A stretch of DNA of 64,000 bases from Fidelibacterota bacterium (GCA_016783665.1 JADHWC010000004.1:1934-65933); one strand, 5' to 3'. Shown: positions 48,782 through 58,758, counted from the first letter of the stretch. Made by a program: numbers and translations. Notes: generated by a model from the letters alone, not told the origin.

Positions 48782-51700
48782 TTATCCTCGAATGGCAATA
48801 TTAATATCAAATCCGCCATTCCGGTTGATCCGTTTGCCGGTTCGACGGTTAAAACTTTCACCGTAGGAATAAAATAATCCCCCGGTGACTTTCTTTGTAA
48901 AAGAGTAACTGATGCGAGGCTCGATTTTCCAATTCCGGTTTTCTTGCTGTACGGTGAATTTTGCATCCGCTGTATTTCTGCCGCGGGTCTTTGAAGAACT
49001 GTAATCAAAATTCATTGTAAAATTCATGCTGTTTTCCAGCCGTTTATCTTTCAGGAAGGGCAGCGGAATCGTAAAACCACCTTTTTTCTGGTAGTTCAGA
49101 GATGCGTTGATATTCTGTTCGTTAGTGATACTTGTGCCGCCGTTCGCCTGGTTATTGATTGTTTTTCCCTGGGTCATGCGGATATTGGAATTGATATTGT
49201 TTTTAAACTGCATGGATAAGCCGACAAGAGGTGAAAAATAAAGTTTGTATGAGGAATTTTGTTTTTCACCATTTCGGTAAACTACCGCTTCCTTGCCAGA
49301 GAAGCCGTGGTCGAGAGACAGTTTCTTAAAGAATTTCGATATGAAACCTATTTTTTCAATCTGGGTCCAGTTGAGTGTCCAGCCCGGGAAAGGTATACCG
49401 CCTTTGCCGTTTTTATCGAATGTAATATAATCCCGGGTGAGATTATGGCTCTTTTGTCCCTGGGATTCAGCCCAGGACATATTCTGTCCGAAAGACAAAG
49501 AAGTGCTGATATTTTTTGTCACTTTAATGCCCGAACGCATGGAGACATCGGAGTTCAAGGCAAGGTTATTGACGTTTAAGCCAACTTCATCTGTCAGAAT
49601 TTCCAGTCCGGGATCCGAAGACAACCCGGTCCGGTATAATAAACCGGGTGTTCCTACACGACCCAGGTTTCGGTTGTTACGGCTGGTGGAATAGCTGAAT
49701 TGGATAGGCTGAATTCTATCTAGGGCTTTGTAGAGATACTCCAAAAGCTTGATCTCTTTTTTATTCTCCTCTGTGCTCTTTTCCGGTGTTTCCGGCGTTT
49801 CCGTTTGGGATTGTGATGAACGGCTGCGACCTGAACGTCCGGATGATGGACGGCTCGATGATTTTGCGGATTTTGGAGTATAAAAAGATTTCAGGATCAA
49901 TTTGGGGTCCAGGCTGAATGAACTGGATATCCGCGACTGGTTATTTAATTGATCGACACTTTTAGTGTTGCTGTTTACCGGTTCGCTCCAATTATAACCG
50001 GCGTTGTAATTTATACTCGGTGAAAACCAGCTGAATAGTTTGAGTGAAAATGAAGCCGAATAACTTTCGGTAATATTAATTGGAATACCGGGGTTGAGTT
50101 CTTTGACGGCTCGCAGTTTATCGTTTCGAAAATCGATCATGCTGTTTTTCATCTTTCGGGAATAATTAACATTCAGGTTGTCGAATATTTTATAAGCGCC
50201 TGTGATGGATCGATTCAACCCAAGGGCGTATGTCTCGGTTGCCTGGCTTTTCGAAAGACGCGGGACTTTGATGGATTTACTTTCGGCGGCGTCCATGGAA
50301 AAATCCAGGCTGCTGGGTGTATAGTACCATCGGAGATCACCAAGTTTGTCGCCCAGAACCGGAACGTTTTGCATCCATTTAAAGGGCTGAATGTAATTAT
50401 CGCGGCCAAAGGGGATTTTATATGATACATTACCCTTATAGGTCTGGGATTCTCTGTTTTTGTCCTGAACAGACGAGCTTTTCGACCATTGAGCGTTTAA
50501 CTGAACGTTGATTTGGTCAATAGTATATTTTGTCAACCAGAAATCGGAGCCCCGTTTACTGAAAGATGTATTCATGCCGTATGATTCCGAGAGATTTAAA
50601 ATACTGTCCGGGGCGCTGTCTCCTGTAAGAATGTCGGTACCGGGGACATACTTGGGAGCGCTGACTTTGTTGGAGAACGATCCTGAAACCGGCAGTCTTA
50701 ATCCCCACCCGGCAGGCGTTAATTTATCAAGTGATACGCTACCGCGGGCGGTAATATTGCGACTGGTGTTTAATCCGGAAGGCTGCAGGCTGGGACGCTG
50801 TTCAACTGTATGGAAATCGGCATCTTTGCGGTCAACGCCAAGGTCAAATTTCATCAAATCGGCGATAGTAAGCGACATTTTAATCCGGTAAGCCACGCCC
50901 GGATCGCGGCGGACTTCGGACAGGCGCAATTCATCAAGCCAGACCTCACCGAAGACAGTGTTGTCATATCGTGGTAATGGCGTGATTTCATCAAAATCAT
51001 CCAGCGCATATCTCTGGTTAATGACGCCGATCTCTAATTGTTGAACACGGGAAAGCGCCGGAGCGCCGTAAATGATTATTTCCTTGCCGGTGTATTCACC
51101 GTTTTTCACTTCCTTATATCGCCGCTGGGCGATCTCTCCTTTATCATCTCGTATAATGCGAAGTTGTTTGGGAGCGTCTTCATTTCCCGGGAATTCGTCT
51201 TCGCTGTTGTAACTTTTTAGACTGGTGATAAAATCAAGATCGATTTCCATATAATTCTTTTTGTCCCATTCGGGATAGATGGGTTGCCGGTATTCATAAA
51301 ACTGGGGATTTTGACCCCCGCGACCAAATCGCACGAAAAATTGAAGCGGGGTTTTTTCGCCCTCGCGGAAATATTTTGTGCGGGTGTGTATGTTATGTCC
51401 GTTGATATACAGTTTCATCTTCTTATACGTAATAAAACTTGCCTCTTCACGCAATACTTTTTTAGCCGCCGCTATTTCTCCCGGTTTGATACCCTGGCTT
51501 CCATCGAACCACAGCACCAGCGACTGTTCTTTCATACGGATTTCATTGATCCGGTCATACTCACCTTGAACGCCTTTGGGGGCTTTATAAGTATCGGGAT
51601 TGTCTTCAGAATTGATTACGCTTACCGCAAATGCGCCCTCTTTTTTGATATAATCGCCGCCCTCTTCCGGCGCGACGCCCATTTCTTCCCATTCGTTGCC

Positions 51701-54700
51701 CACCATTTCGATCTTGGCAATCATAACCGTATCTTGCCGGGCGATGCCGTCCATCCAGAGCCGGCAAGCTTCAATTGTTTGCCAACTAACATCGCCATCG
51801 CTGTGGATTTTCTTAAATTCAGAAAGAGGGATGCGGTATAATTTCCATTCGGTCCCGGTCCGTCCGGCGATATATTTATTATCAATTGTTTCGTCCAGTG
51901 AAAAATCGATCGTATAGTAATCATCTAAAAGGTCTACTTCATAATTCCGGTTCAAATCTTCCGTATCCGGCATGTATCCGCTGGCATCCTTCTTACTGTT
52001 TTCAGTTCCATTAATTTGACGATAGTCTGAAGAACCTTCGCTCCATTTCCAGTTGTCGGAATGGGGATCAGCCGGATCGCGCTTATATTTGATAAGCGTC
52101 GAGTCGTCCCAATTCAATTGACCATATTTAGTAATGATAAATTCACTTGTATCGGGAATACCGTCTATACCGGTGTCCTCGCCATCATCCAAAAGGTCGT
52201 TTCCAAATTTAAAACCGGCTTCCGCTTTGTCTTCGGTATCCAGCGTTTTATTGGGGATATAGTCTTCGCTGATTTGTCCCAGGTCAACATGAAGTTGTCC
52301 GGAGTTTCCCCGAACCCAGATTTCAAGGAATTTAGTCTTGGATTGGTCGTAATAACTGGTAGGGAAATAATAGGTGATCCCGCCCCATGCTTCTTCCTGG
52401 GGAATGACGCCGTCTGTCACGGCAATTGACCAATCGGGATCGAGCGCCATAACCATGATTTCGGTGATATTGTTTTGAGCCCGGGTGCTGACCTCTTTAT
52501 TCGGCCAGATGTTTTTGGTCGCGACGCCGCCAAAGGGATTGTACCAGAACATAAAACCCCGCTGGTTTTCGGATTTGCCGAGCGGTGTTGCTGAGTGCGC
52601 CCAGTACCGCTGCATGATCGGAGGCGATGTAATACGCTTGGAGCCCTCAAAATCATCAATGAATCCAACCCCGTTTGGATCGCCGGTATCGTCGTTGCTG
52701 ATAGTGTTGGAATTGGGGTTCACCCTGGCGATTTCACCCTCGAATGTTATAGTGGAAAGCTTGTCCGTTTCAATTAGCGGCAGCCAGTTTGCCGCCCGGG
52801 TCAGAAAGCGCAAATCTTTATTGAAACGCCCGTTCAAGTCCCAGACAAAATTTCGCATCGGTTCATAACCGACATCGACTTTTTCGTCAACAACCGACTT
52901 GCTGAAATAGAGAGCCGTACCGCCGATAAATGAATTTTCACCGAAATCGTATTGAGCGCGTGCTCCTAAAATGGTCTTTTTATCCAGCTGGAAAAACTGG
53001 TTGCGTTCGTATTTAATATCAAGATTTGCATCCGGGTTCAGGGCGTCCTGGCGAAGAAGCGTGAGGGTTCCGGTGAAATAATCGATGGTGTAATCGACGC
53101 CTCGAGTGAGAGTTTCGCTGCCCAGGTTAACAGACTCACTGCCTTCGATAACCATGGGACCGAGATTGATCATTGAACTGCGGTTTTCGTATTTATAAAC
53201 GATCTTGAATTTTGAATCTGACGTGATATCACTTAAACGGGTTCGGTTACTGTCGTACATTGCGGAACAGTTATACAGATCGCTTAGCTTAGAATTGTAC
53301 ATACCGGATTCATCGTTTTCTTCGTATTGGAAGGGGCGCAGGAATGGAAGCCAGAGCTCGCCCATTTGCAGATTAATGATTGATGGATTATCGAGATCAA
53401 TAATATCATCCGGGGTCGGATTGCCGTTCTTGTCCTTCAAATCCAGCCCAAATTTTTGCAGGAAGTTGACGCCGTCCTGCGGATCGCGCTCTTCGTCACC
53501 GGTTTGACCATGAATGTAAACTACGCTGAGATCAAATCCTTCCGGGTCGATGCCGGAGGCGCCGAGAGAATATATGTTTTTAAATTCCAGATCCCAGCAA
53601 GGGTGGCTGGGAATCATTTGCTCCGGCTTGATTAACTTTAAGATAATGTCGGTCGTGTCCGTTAGTGGTCGGTCCCAATCACCGTATTCCTTATTAGAAA
53701 CAGTGGTCCCGCCAGCGTCAACAACCCTGTAAGTGACGGCGAGTATTTCACTTTCCTGCACCTGGGTTGACAGGCGAATAAATCCAAGATTCAGGTTGGC
53801 TATGTATTCCTGATCTAACTCAAGTCTTTTGAATACGCGTTGTTCCATATAAACACTGTCGGCATTTTCAGTATCTCCCGGATCTACATAAGCATATCCA
53901 TATACACTGCCGGCGGGATTTGTACTAGGAGAAATGGATTTGTACACTTCCAGATCAGCAATAATACGATCGGGGTTATAGGTAAAGCGTCCGTCGTTTT
54001 CAAAAAATCCTTCATAGAACGTGCTGCGAAAGTCATAATCGAGGAAGTAATAGAGATTCCGGCGGTAATCATAATCTTTGATAGAGTTGCTGGTTTGTTG
54101 AGCGCCGCCGTCAACACTCAATTTTTCTTTCTTGCCCTTTTCCACGCTGGCGATGGCTGTGACGTCAAGCCCGCCCAATTTCATGAGGGCTTTCAATCCG
54201 AATAAGCCACTGTTTTTACCGGAGAAGGTTACAAATTGTGTTCCCGGCAAGGACAGGGCGACGTTACCGGCTTCGACTTTTTGAACGATGTCGTCTTCTT
54301 CGCCGGTATAGATGATCTTTAATGCGTTTTCGAAATCGAAGTCCCGTTCACTGTCCTGGTCAACCAGAATACTGATTTTGTCACCGATTTTGCCTTCAAT
54401 GTTGAGCTGCTGTTTCTGATCAACAATAAACGTGGTGGATTGCCCCTCGCGATAACCGCTGGCTACCTGTGACCGTTTCTGGTTCTGCAGGCGACCGTTG
54501 ATGTTGACATTTCCCGAGACCCTCAATGATACTCGTTGTCCGGCAATATCCGCTCCGATCAGTTCGATCTTTTCAGAGCGCACGGCAGATTTTTCTTTTG
54601 AAAAATTTTTCCGGCATATGTCGCTTAACTGAGTTTGAAGGTGGTTGCGTGTTTTTAACCTGTAAAATGTTTCCAGTGAGACACCCCGGGGTGACACAAT

Positions 54701-55012
54701 GTACGCTCCTTCAAATTGATCGCTGAAGATAAGATTTTTCCCTGTATAATCGAGGTCCTTCTCGGATTTAACGCCCCTGAAAGTAACATTGAGAAAATTT
54801 GCATTTAGCTGTTGATAATTTGGAGACATGAACGACAACCCCCGCGGGCGGTCAAGGCTGATGGAACTTAATCGGTGAGATATCCAATCTACCTGAATAG
54901 GAAACACCACTCCCCGCGCTTCAGCAACCTCTTCCTGAGCGTGTAATGAATATAATGATGCCGATAAAATCAGCAGATATATAAATTTCCTGATACGATG
55001 CAGTGTCGTCAC
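48782..55012 (-). CDS. sprA: SprA-like T9SS translocon (cell surface protein SprA)
   Basis: 2076 aa, signal peptide, QKQQLNIEGKIGDKI, DFDFENALKI, VEAGNVALSLPG, GVDYTIDYFTG, VWLDELRLSE, C-terminal GFDINIAIRG. Confidence 0.88.
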   Translation of the reverse strand: MTTLHRIRKFIYLLILSASLYSLHAQEEVAEARGVVFPIQVDWISHRLSSISLDRPRGLSFMSPNYQQLNANFLNVTFRGVKSEKDLDYTGKNLIFSDQFEGAYIVSPRGVSLETFYRLKTRNHLQTQLSDICRKNFSKEKSAVRSEKIELIGADIAGQRVSLRVSGNVNINGRLQNQKRSQVASGYREGQSTTFIVDQKQQLNIEGKIGDKISILVDQDSERDFDFENALKIIYTGEEDDIVQKVEAGNVALSLPGTQFVTFSGKNSGLFGLKALMKLGGLDVTAIASVEKGKKEKLSVDGGAQQTSNSIKDYDYRRNLYYFLDYDFRSTFYEGFFENDGRFTYNPDRIIADLEVYKSISPSTNPAGSVYGYAYVDPGDTENADSVYMEQRVFKRLELDQEYIANLNLGFIRLSTQVQESEILAVTYRVVDAGGTTVSNKEYGDWDRPLTDTTDIILKLIKPEQMIPSHPCWDLEFKNIYSLGASGIDPEGFDLSVVYIHGQTGDEERDPQDGVNFLQKFGLDLKDKNGNPTPDDIIDLDNPSIINLQMGELWLPFLRPFQYEENDESGMYNSKLSDLYNCSAMYDSNRTRLSDITSDSKFKIVYKYENRSSMINLGPMVIEGSESVNLGSETLTRGVDYTIDYFTGTLTLLRQDALNPDANLDIKYERNQFFQLDKKTILGARAQYDFGENSFIGGTALYFSKSVVDEKVDVGYEPMRNFVWDLNGRFNKDLRFLTRAANWLPLIETDKLSTITFEGEIARVNPNSNTISNDDTGDPNGVGFIDDFEGSKRITSPPIMQRYWAHSATPLGKSENQRGFMFWYNPFGGVATKNIWPNKEVSTRAQNNITEIMVMALDPDWSIAVTDGVIPQEEAWGGITYYFPTSYYDQSKTKFLEIWVRGNSGQLHVDLGQISEDYIPNKTLDTEDKAEAGFKFGNDLLDDGEDTGIDGIPDTSEFIITKYGQLNWDDSTLIKYKRDPADPHSDNWKWSEGSSDYRQINGTENSKKDASGYMPDTEDLNRNYEVDLLDDYYTIDFSLDETIDNKYIAGRTGTEWKLYRIPLSEFKKIHSDGDVSWQTIEACRLWMDGIARQDTVMIAKIEMVGNEWEEMGVAPEEGGDYIKKEGAFAVSVINSEDNPDTYKAPKGVQGEYDRINEIRMKEQSLVLWFDGSQGIKPGEIAAAKKVLREEASFITYKKMKLYINGHNIHTRTKYFREGEKTPLQFFVRFGRGGQNPQFYEYRQPIYPEWDKKNYMEIDLDFITSLKSYNSEDEFPGNEDAPKQLRIIRDDKGEIAQRRYKEVKNGEYTGKEIIIYGAPALSRVQQLEIGVINQRYALDDFDEITPLPRYDNTVFGEVWLDELRLSEVRRDPGVAYRIKMSLTIADLMKFDLGVDRKDADFHTVEQRPSLQPSGLNTSRNITARGSVSLDKLTPAGWGLRLPVSGSFSNKVSAPKYVPGTDILTGDSAPDSILNLSESYGMNTSFSKRGSDFWLTKYTIDQINVQLNAQWSKSSSVQDKNRESQTYKGNVSYKIPFGRDNYIQPFKWMQNVPVLGDKLGDLRWYYTPSSLDFSMDAAESKSIKVPRLSKSQATETYALGLNRSITGAYKIFDNLNVNYSRKMKNSMIDFRNDKLRAVKELNPGIPINITESYSASFSLKLFSWFSPSINYNAGYNWSEPVNSNTKSVDQLNNQSRISSSFSLDPKLILKSFYTPKSAKSSSRPSSGRSGRSRSSQSQTETPETPEKSTEENKKEIKLLEYLYKALDRIQPIQFSYSTSRNNRNLGRVGTPGLLYRTGLSSDPGLEILTDEVGLNVNNLALNSDVSMRSGIKVTKNISTSLSFGQNMSWAESQGQKSHNLTRDYITFDKNGKGGIPFPGWTLNWTQIEKIGFISKFFKKLSLDHGFSGKEAVVYRNGEKQNSSYKLYFSPLVGLSMQFKNNINSNIRMTQGKTINNQANGGTSITNEQNINASLNYQKKGGFTIPLPFLKDKRLENSMNFTMNFDYSSSKTRGRNTADAKFTVQQENRNWKIEPRISYSFTKKVTGGLFYSYGESFNRRTGKRINRNGGFDINIAIRG

Positions 55013-55081
55013 CCTGTATATTTCGGTTAATATGGTTTATTGTTATTTAAAACAGACGTAACAAATTGTTCGGGTGACACC

Positions 55082-55690
55082 TCAAATGTTTGGGATTATT
55101 GATGAAAGCTGGCGTTGCAGCGATGTGTACAGACGATTGAATGCCTGACCTCTATGGCTGATGACATTCTTTTCGTCGTGGTCAAATTCGGCTAAGGTCT
55201 GACCTTTTTCCGGGATGTAAAAGACGGGGTCATACCCGAAACCACCGGAGCCCCGGCGTTCAGTAAGGATCATTCCCTCAATGGCACCTTCTTCGGCAAT
55301 TACCATGTCGGGTTGATAAAATACAGCGACCGTCCGAAATCGCGCTGTCCGTTTTTCTTCCGGGAAGGGCAGAATTTCCCGGATGAGTTTTTCAACATTG
55401 TCGTCATAACTGGCGTTTTCTCCCGCAAATCGTGAAGAATAAACTCCCGGTTTACCGCCTAAGGCGTCAACCTCGAGACCGGTGTCATCGGAAATAGTGG
55501 GCAATCCTGTGAATTCTGCTAACATTGACGCTTTTTTTAATGCGTTGTCGTAAAGGGTGTTCCCATCTTCAATCACTTCAGGGGCATTGGGGAATTTGTC
55601 GAGTGTAATAAGTTCTATACCCGGTAACTTAAAGATGTTACGGATTTCTTTAATCTTATCTTGATTGTTTGACGAAATAAGTATTTTCAC
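55082..55690 (-). CDS. rdgB: Non-canonical purine NTP pyrophosphatase (RdgB/HAM1)
   Basis: SSNNQDKIKE, NALKKA, SDDTGLEVDALGGKPGVYSSR, GFGYDPVF, SHRG. GTG start at 55690. Confidence 0.95.
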   Translation of the reverse strand: MKILISSNNQDKIKEIRNIFKLPGIELITLDKFPNAPEVIEDGNTLYDNALKKASMLAEFTGLPTISDDTGLEVDALGGKPGVYSSRFAGENASYDDNVEKLIREILPFPEEKRTARFRTVAVFYQPDMVIAEEGAIEGMILTERRGSGGFGYDPVFYIPEKGQTLAEFDHDEKNVISHRGQAFNRLYTSLQRQLSSIIPNI

Positions 55691-55740
55691 GGCTTTAATG
55701 GAAAGTTGAAATAATCGTTCGATCAAAAATGCCAAAAATG

Positions 55741-55769
55741 TTAGAGAAAAATCCCGTCAATGTCAAGCG
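55741..55769 (-). promoter_or_regulatory. Sigma70-type promoter of the rdgB-sprA operon
   Basis: Minus strand TTGACA-ttgacgggatttttctc (17 bp)-TAACAT. Confidence 0.65.
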
Positions 55770-55860
55770 AATTGACGTGATCTTCTGACGGAAATCACAG
55801 ATATTTAAATTTATCCCGCATTTTGAACGCAATATCTGTAAAGGCATTGATAAAATGCAC

Positions 55861-56000
55861 ATCTGGACTGCCTGCCCCAGCGGGGATTCCGTAAGGTAGG
55901 GATGTCGTTCCCAGGGGACGGTAGATCAGCCAGAATTCCCCCCAGGGAGGGGTGGAGATAGGAACCATCCCGATGGATCGGGATAAAGGCGGGGGGCTTC
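55861..56000. other. GC-rich structured intergenic element of unknown class
   Basis: Two nested stem domains and an internal perfect palindrome atcccgat-gg-atcgggat in an AT-rich intergenic gap. Extended -10 TGaTAAAAT just upstream on the plus strand. Confidence 0.45.
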
Positions 56001-56023
56001 ATTTCTACACTGTGATCAGTAAA

Positions 56024-56725
56024 TTAACGGTGTCGTATTGATACCGCTCCGGCAGTTTCTATGTCTTGTTTGGTAACTTCACCATAATAAACGATGGAAG
56101 ACGCCCCGGAAGCAGTTCCGGATAATTTTCCTCCGTTCATGGTGAGTTCGACCCGGCTGGCTCCGGATAAATGCAGGGTTGCATTGACAATCTTTGAGTG
56201 CCGGAGATTGACGTGAGAAGCGCCGTCACAAACCATATCCAGATCATTAATGGAAGAATTTCGGCCTTTTATTTCAGCGGCTCCGGTGGTTTTTATATTG
56301 ATATGATCGCAGCTAAAGTCTTCGAATGAGATGGAAGCTCCTTCAATGATTTCAATTGATTCCAGTTGAGGCATTATTATCTCGGCGCGAAATATACGGC
56401 GGCGGGAATGCCATTTTGTATTGCTGTCGATGATTAATTCTTTAGAACAGTAGTCAACCGATATCCGGTCAGAAAGCTCTTCGGGATAATATAAGATTAC
56501 CGAATAATCGTCTCCCTGTTTAATATCAATACTCCAGAGTCCATAGACTTTTAGGGAATTAAAGTCCTCGTAGGAAAATTTTTGTTGTACAAATTCATCA
56601 TCGGAAAATGCGGACGCTTTATAGGAGGCATTATAGAGTATTATTCTGGTTGTAATAATCATTCCGGTGAGGAATACCACAATAATGATCAGGGTAATGA
56701 GTAAAATTTTGTTGCTGGTTTTCAT
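56024..56725 (-). CDS. DUF2807 / GIN-domain (adhesin-head-like) protein
   Basis: N-terminal TM, repeated GxSxI/V units (EGASIS, GAAEIK, GASHV, GASRV, GASSIVYYG). Confidence 0.8.
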   Translation of the reverse strand: MKTSNKILLITLIIIVVFLTGMIITTRIILYNASYKASAFSDDEFVQQKFSYEDFNSLKVYGLWSIDIKQGDDYSVILYYPEELSDRISVDYCSKELIIDSNTKWHSRRRIFRAEIIMPQLESIEIIEGASISFEDFSCDHINIKTTGAAEIKGRNSSINDLDMVCDGASHVNLRHSKIVNATLHLSGASRVELTMNGGKLSGTASGASSIVYYGEVTKQDIETAGAVSIRHR

Positions 56726-56741
56726 ATGTGTCTCCAGTCTG

Positions 56742-57095
56742 TTATTGATTGTTGTAAAACGTTTTTAATTCATTAAAATCGATATTTAATAAATCCATCA
56801 TTTTAAACACCTGGGGCAGTTGGGTATTAATGAATTCTTTCCGTTTTAGTGTTCTGGTGATTTCTTTGGCGTCGTCAGAAATAAAATAGCCGATACCCCT
56901 GCGGTTATATATAATGCCTTTTTCCTGAAGATACGCATAGGTCCGCATAACGGTATTGGGATTTACTTCTATAGTTACCGCCATTTCGCGAACCGATGGG
57001 ATTTTCTCTTCTTTTGTCCAATCCCCGGACAGTATGTTTTCGCAAATGAGATCCGCGATTTGGAGATAGATAGCCTGGTCTTTCTGAAATTCCAT
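56742..57095 (-). CDS. GntR-family regulator, YtrA subfamily
   Basis: MEFQKDQAIYLQI, KIPSVREMA, VNPNTVMRTY, RRGIGYF. GGAGG RBS before ATG 57095. Confidence 0.92.
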   Translation of the reverse strand: MEFQKDQAIYLQIADLICENILSGDWTKEEKIPSVREMAVTIEVNPNTVMRTYAYLQEKGIIYNRRGIGYFISDDAKEITRTLKRKEFINTQLPQVFKMMDLLNIDFNELKTFYNNQ

Positions 57096-57096
57096 A

Positions 57097-57873
57097 TTAA
57101 ACCTCCGTTTCGCCAAGCCGCATGTAACTCAAAATCCAGAAATATGGAGCCAAGCAAATCCAGAATAAATACTTGAATATTCTAGCAAGATTGTTACCGA
57201 GGTGTTCAAAAGAGACCATATCGTTAAACATAAATTCATCGATAAATCTCATGCCGTGGAAACAATCCCGGTAAATAAAACGCACTACCAGGAAAGCAAA
57301 TATAGTCAATACAAAGGTAATTGCGAACTGGGAAAAGAGTGTTTTCATAAATGGATGTTTCTTGAAATACAACCCACCGAAGAGGAACATTGACTGTGTC
57401 ACGAGATATATGGCGACACTGAGTAGAATCTCTCTGTTGAAAGGGTTGAACGCCGGAAAACTCCAGTCGGTGAATATCGCAGCAATACCGGAAGATGTGA
57501 CTGTCAGGAGATAATAGAGTAAAATGCTTGCAGGCACATAGCCGATTGTTGTCAGAAGTAGTTTGCTGACCATTTTTTCAAAAATAGAGGCGGGTAACAT
57601 AAAAAATGAAGTGTTCTTCTGGGAATGATGAATTTCAGAAAATGCCGAGCTGCTTAGTATAAAACCGCCAATAAACAGAAGCGCCGGATAGAAACCAAGA
57701 TGAAAATCATGGCTTGCATTGCCCGGGGAAAAGAATATTGACGGCAATGTAATGACGAAGTAAAGAGCCGCGACAGCGCCGGCGCTAACCAGCATCGTAC
57801 GATAATTTCTCAATAGATCATTTCTAAGAAGCAGGAAAAATCGTTTGGAATTAAAAAAGTGAGTTGTTTTCAT
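57097..57873 (-). CDS. ABC-2 type permease-like membrane protein
   Basis: Six hydrophobic segments, FFMLPASIFEK, C-terminal RLGETEV. Confidence 0.8.
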   Translation of the reverse strand: MKTTHFFNSKRFFLLLRNDLLRNYRTMLVSAGAVAALYFVITLPSIFFSPGNASHDFHLGFYPALLFIGGFILSSSAFSEIHHSQKNTSFFMLPASIFEKMVSKLLLTTIGYVPASILLYYLLTVTSSGIAAIFTDWSFPAFNPFNREILLSVAIYLVTQSMFLFGGLYFKKHPFMKTLFSQFAITFVLTIFAFLVVRFIYRDCFHGMRFIDEFMFNDMVSFEHLGNNLARIFKYLFWICLAPYFWILSYMRLGETEV

Positions 57874-58716
57874 TTATGCCTCCCGGGTGAATAGTTCACC
57901 CATGCGTTGCTGGTTGTTAATGACGGCGTTGAAAAGTAATTCGATATCCAGATTGCTTTCGGATTCTCCTCGATTTTCATCGATGACAACATATCCGCCA
58001 AGGGTTTTCTCGGAGTATAAGGCATCATCTTTGCCCGGTTCGGTCTTTTGCAATCTTACCGCAAGTTTTCGGGAGATATCGTCGATCGATTGATTGAAAA
58101 TAACGTTTCCGTCATCCAGTATGATAATAGGGTCGATTAAATTTCCAATATCGCGCACCTGGTGGGTGGAAATGATAATGATTCTGTCTTCGCTCAGTGA
58201 TGCGGCAAGCAGTTTTCGAAACTGGCTTTTGCTGGGAATGTCCAAACCGTTGGTTGGCTCATCCAGAATCAACAGCCTGCAATTTGTAGCCAGTCCGAAC
58301 GCCACAAGGAATTTTTTCTTCTGCCCATAGGATAGGGATGTCAGCCGGTCATTCCGGGGCAGATCAAAAGTTTTGATATATTGACCGAATGACTGATGAT
58401 CGAAGTGTGGATAAAAAGGCGCATGTAGTTTTAGATATTCACTGATTTTCAGTGGAGGCGTGTAAATTTCCTCAGGGATAAAGTATATTTCCTGCAACAT
58501 TTCGGGGATTCGCCCGGATGGTGCAAAAGCAAGCACCGAGCATGTGCCTTTTTGGGGAAACAACAGTCCGCAGATGATTTTTAACAGCGTTGTTTTTCCC
58601 GCGCCGTTTTTCCCTAACAGACCGTAAATATTTCCATCGGATATTTTCAGGTTTAGTCCGCTGAAAAGGGGTGGCTTGTTTTTGTAAGCAAAGGTCAAAT
58701 CTGTCATTTTAATCAT
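57874..58716 (-). CDS. ABC transporter ATP-binding protein (YtrB-like)
   Basis: GKNGAGKT, LSYGQKKK, LDEPTNGLD, STH. Confidence 0.92.
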   Translation of the reverse strand: MIKMTDLTFAYKNKPPLFSGLNLKISDGNIYGLLGKNGAGKTTLLKIICGLLFPQKGTCSVLAFAPSGRIPEMLQEIYFIPEEIYTPPLKISEYLKLHAPFYPHFDHQSFGQYIKTFDLPRNDRLTSLSYGQKKKFLVAFGLATNCRLLILDEPTNGLDIPSKSQFRKLLAASLSEDRIIIISTHQVRDIGNLIDPIIILDDGNVIFNQSIDDISRKLAVRLQKTEPGKDDALYSEKTLGGYVVIDENRGESESNLDIELLFNAVINNQQRMGELFTREA

Positions 58717-58729
58717 TTTTCGCTCCGTT

Positions 58730-58757
58730 TTAGTGTATTAATTGCCTAATACACTAA
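58730..58757. promoter_or_regulatory. YtrA-type operator palindrome
   Basis: TTAGTGTATTA-attgcc-TAATACACTAA (perfect 11-bp arms) just downstream of the -10. Confidence 0.8.
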
Positions 58758-58758
58758 T

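Noticed and set aside
48781-49008. N-terminal extension of the M28 ORF
   Set aside because: It overlaps the sprA 3' end in another frame. A TTG with RBS and lipoprotein signal at 48780 is the better start.
49740-49890. Ser/Arg-rich low-complexity insert in SprA as a repeat element
   Set aside because: It stays in frame with no DNA-level tandem periodicity or palindrome, and is best explained as a flexible loop.
55861-56000. SRP RNA, 6S RNA, tRNA-Sec or SAM riboswitch
   Set aside because: The GNRA hairpin lacks the CAGG/AGCAG internal loop of SRP. There is no single long 6S-type rod. ggtggag...cccgatg resembles SAM-I only superficially, without the ATC...GAT P1 or GCAAC elements.
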